64,000 nucleotides of DNA from the human T2T-CHM13v2.0 reference genome, Homo sapiens. The stretch lies in the NCBI RefSeq assembly GCF_009914755.1, contig NC_060932.1; one strand, given 5' to 3'. The notes beneath the pieces are model-generated. The model was not told the origin of the DNA. It saw nothing but the letters and a program-made list of their open reading frames with translations, and ran no database searches. Positions 61,166 to 64,000 of this stretch are shown here, one piece after another (position 1 is the stretch's first letter; every line of letters begins with the position of its first letter). The position numbers and the translations under genes are program-made.

Positions 61166-63837
61166 GTAATGTGCTGCTTAAGCTGATGACATCTGTTGCT
61201 GGGTCAGAATTATAAAGTCTAATGATTTACCATGTAGACATCACAATGTGGCAGACACACTTTTAAAAAAAAATTTTCATGGTGCCTGATGAAGAGTGTG
61301 GGGTGAAAATTTCCTTTAAGCTATACTCTGGCACCTCCACTGAGTAGAAGATTAGCTCTGAAGACATTTATTTTCCCTAAAACTCTTGACAGATTAATTT
61401 TCAAATGCTATTAGTCAATGAAAACTAAAGAGAAACCAAACTAAATTACTTCTTTTCTGGATATACATAAACTTAAAAGTTTTCTATTTTGTGGTACTGT
61501 AAGCTGTTTAACAAAATACATATATATAATTAATATTGAAGAGAGTTACTATGGCAATCCATGAATAATGGGTCTGTGCTTCTTTAGTAGGAGGGTCATT
61601 AACATATTTTTACAAATAACTTTATTGTTAAATGAAATAAAAGAGAACTGTAAGAAAAAGATACTTTAGAGGAATTCTTTTTCATTTTTTCTAATTATAT
61701 TTATTTTAGTTCTTTCACTTTTTGTATCATTATAGTCATAGACAAATGAAAGCAGATGTTTTAAAAGTCAGATTTATTTTAAACTGCAATAAAGATCGAT
61801 GGAAATGTTCACAGCACTATCTAACTCAAAGTAGGCCATCAGACTGTTATTGAAATGCTATGTTTGTGGAATAAATAAATGGAGTAAATAAGCATCTGAC
61901 ATATACATTTATTTATTCCACAAGCATTATTATTTTTAGAGATCCCCATGTGGCAGATATCACAGGTAGTCTGAAAGTTCCAAGCCACAGTCTCATTTCT
62001 TAATAAACTTAAGATATGTGTGCAGAAGAGTTTATATAAATGTGTAGAGAGACTTAGACATTTGGAAATGTTTAAGCTGAGGTTGAAGAATCTAGAAAAA
62101 GGAAGTAGAAAGTAATTTTACAGCCAATAACCTCTGATCTCTTATTTTATTCATATTATAAATGGAGTTTTGATATCTATTTTAAGTTTCCATCTGTTAA
62201 TTTACCATGATGTAAATATTAAGCAATGACAATAACACAGAAAGAAAAACAGCAGAATGTTTGTATATATCATATATTCTTCATAAATCATGAAACTTGA
62301 AGAATTAATTTAATAATGATTGTTACCTCGGTATTCTATTTTTCTTTTAAAAACTTATTTACTACTGTGCAACTATCTAACAATACATTTTTAGGTGTCA
62401 ATAGAGATGAATGTATAACTTGTGCTGACAAAATGCTGCAGGTAACTAGATATAGGATGATAAAATTTATTTATGCTTATAAGCAGCTGTATGGAATCAC
62501 ATCAAAATTTATTTACATAGCTCAGTATAAATAATTTTTCTATTATGTTATGTGTCACTTCAAAAAAAATTATAGAATATGTTTGAGATATACCTTTAAT
62601 AAAAAACAGCGTATTTTGCTCTTGATTTTAATTTACTATGGCAATTTTTTTTCTAACCATGTTTTAAAATTATATTAATTTGGATATTACTTTAGTTTTC
62701 CTAATAATTCTATCAATTAACTGCTCAAGTTTACTTGATTCCGCTGTAACAAGTTCAAGAATAAATGTTTATCTTTTCTGGTAGACACAATTGGCTAAAA
62801 AACAATTAATATAGCCAGGGCTTATTAAGGAAAATAAGTAGAATAGCTAAATAGTATATGACACTGTCTAAGTGAACACAACTGGGGAAACAATATTACA
62901 CCTAAGAGATTGTGGATAAAAACATTGTTTCAGGAGATGTGTCAATTTAACCAACAATGCTTTAAAATATGGAGGAGAGGAAGAAGGGCATTAAACTGGG
63001 CATACATTTCCTCTAAAATTTAAAAGAAACAGAAAAACATATGAAGAGCACTACATTTCTGAGGTTTTAAATGTACAATAATGGTACCTAAGATGTTTAG
63101 ATATCCTGAATGACCATCCTTCTTCTTCTCTTTTGTATTGCAATTTTGGCTACCAAAGAACACCATTAGCCCAGAAGTGGTCATCTCTTGTACCTTAATA
63201 CCTAATAGGCTTCTAGCTGGGACGGGTCTACAAATATGTAGTTCTCTTGAACTTCAAAAGGCTCTATGTGGTGCACACATTTACAAAATTACTCAAATCC
63301 ATAAGCAGATTCCTTTCAGGGAACACCTCAGCCCTTGCCTTTTAGATGGAATTAAAAGAGCTTTCACCTTGGTATGCACCTGGTGATTAAACCCAGTACC
63401 AGTGCTTAGTTTATATCTGAACCATTCAGTCTCAGCAACTACCCTGGGTTAAAAATGGGATCTAGTGCTATTTCTAATATCCAAATTACTACGTATCTCC
63501 CTGGGACATTTAGGCTGAAATTTCCCTTAGGTTTCCTAAATCAAAAGTAAAATCATACACCGAAATGAGAAATGATAGAAATGCCTGAAAGAGTAATGCC
63601 CATGTGCATGTATGGGTCACAACAAGGCATGATCAATCATCCAGAGCTTTTTGTTTTAGCTTTCCACAGAGTCTTCTCTCTCTCCATGAAGAAAACTAAA
63701 ATATTATGTACCATTTTTCTTGGGAAGAAAGTTGGCAAGAAGAAATCTCACATACTACTGCTTTCATTAGTCAATCATAGACAAATTTAACAGATTTCAT
63801 TAGTCAATCATAAACAAATTTGGAAAGTTGGCAAGAA

Positions 63838-64000
63838 CGCCAGGCACGGTGGCTCACGCCTGTAATCCCAGCACTTTGGGAGGCAGAGGCGGGCGAATCA
63901 TGAGCTCAGCAGATCAAGACCATCCTGGCTAACATGGTGAAACCCTGTCTCTACTAAAAATACAAAAAATTAGCCAGGCGTAGTGGCGGGCGCCTGTAGT
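63838..64000 (+). mobile_element. AluY-like, cut by the window end
   Basis: GCCAGGCACGGTGGCTCACGCC...ACCATCCTGGCTAACA...GGGCGCCTGTAGT. Confidence 0.93.

Overview
Primate (very probably human or great-ape) AT-rich, CpG-depleted intergenic or deep-intronic DNA. I can support no protein-coding gene, tRNA, rRNA or CRISPR array, and almost all listed ORFs are chance ORFs or repeat fragments. Roughly half the window is interspersed repeats: about 15 Alu/FLAM SINEs, several L1 fragments (one twin-priming 5' inversion), a near-full THE1 element, a THE1B solo LTR, five ERV1 solo LTRs, DNA transposon fossils and L2/MIR remnants. The main structure is a ~10.5 kb decayed class I (ERV1) provirus at 43228-53737. 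It has MER51-like LTRs, a tRNA-Arg PBS and gag-pro-pol-env remnants; it sits inside an old L1M and carries an Alu in gag and a MER11 LTR in env. The best non-repeat leads are a CAGCTG E-box cluster at 27.3-27.7 kb, an unexplained dispersed ~65-bp repeat at 4.1 and 5.6 kb, and a few local duplications. I found no convincing new biological system. Subfamily names come from recalled consensus motifs and need RepeatMasker/Dfam confirmation.
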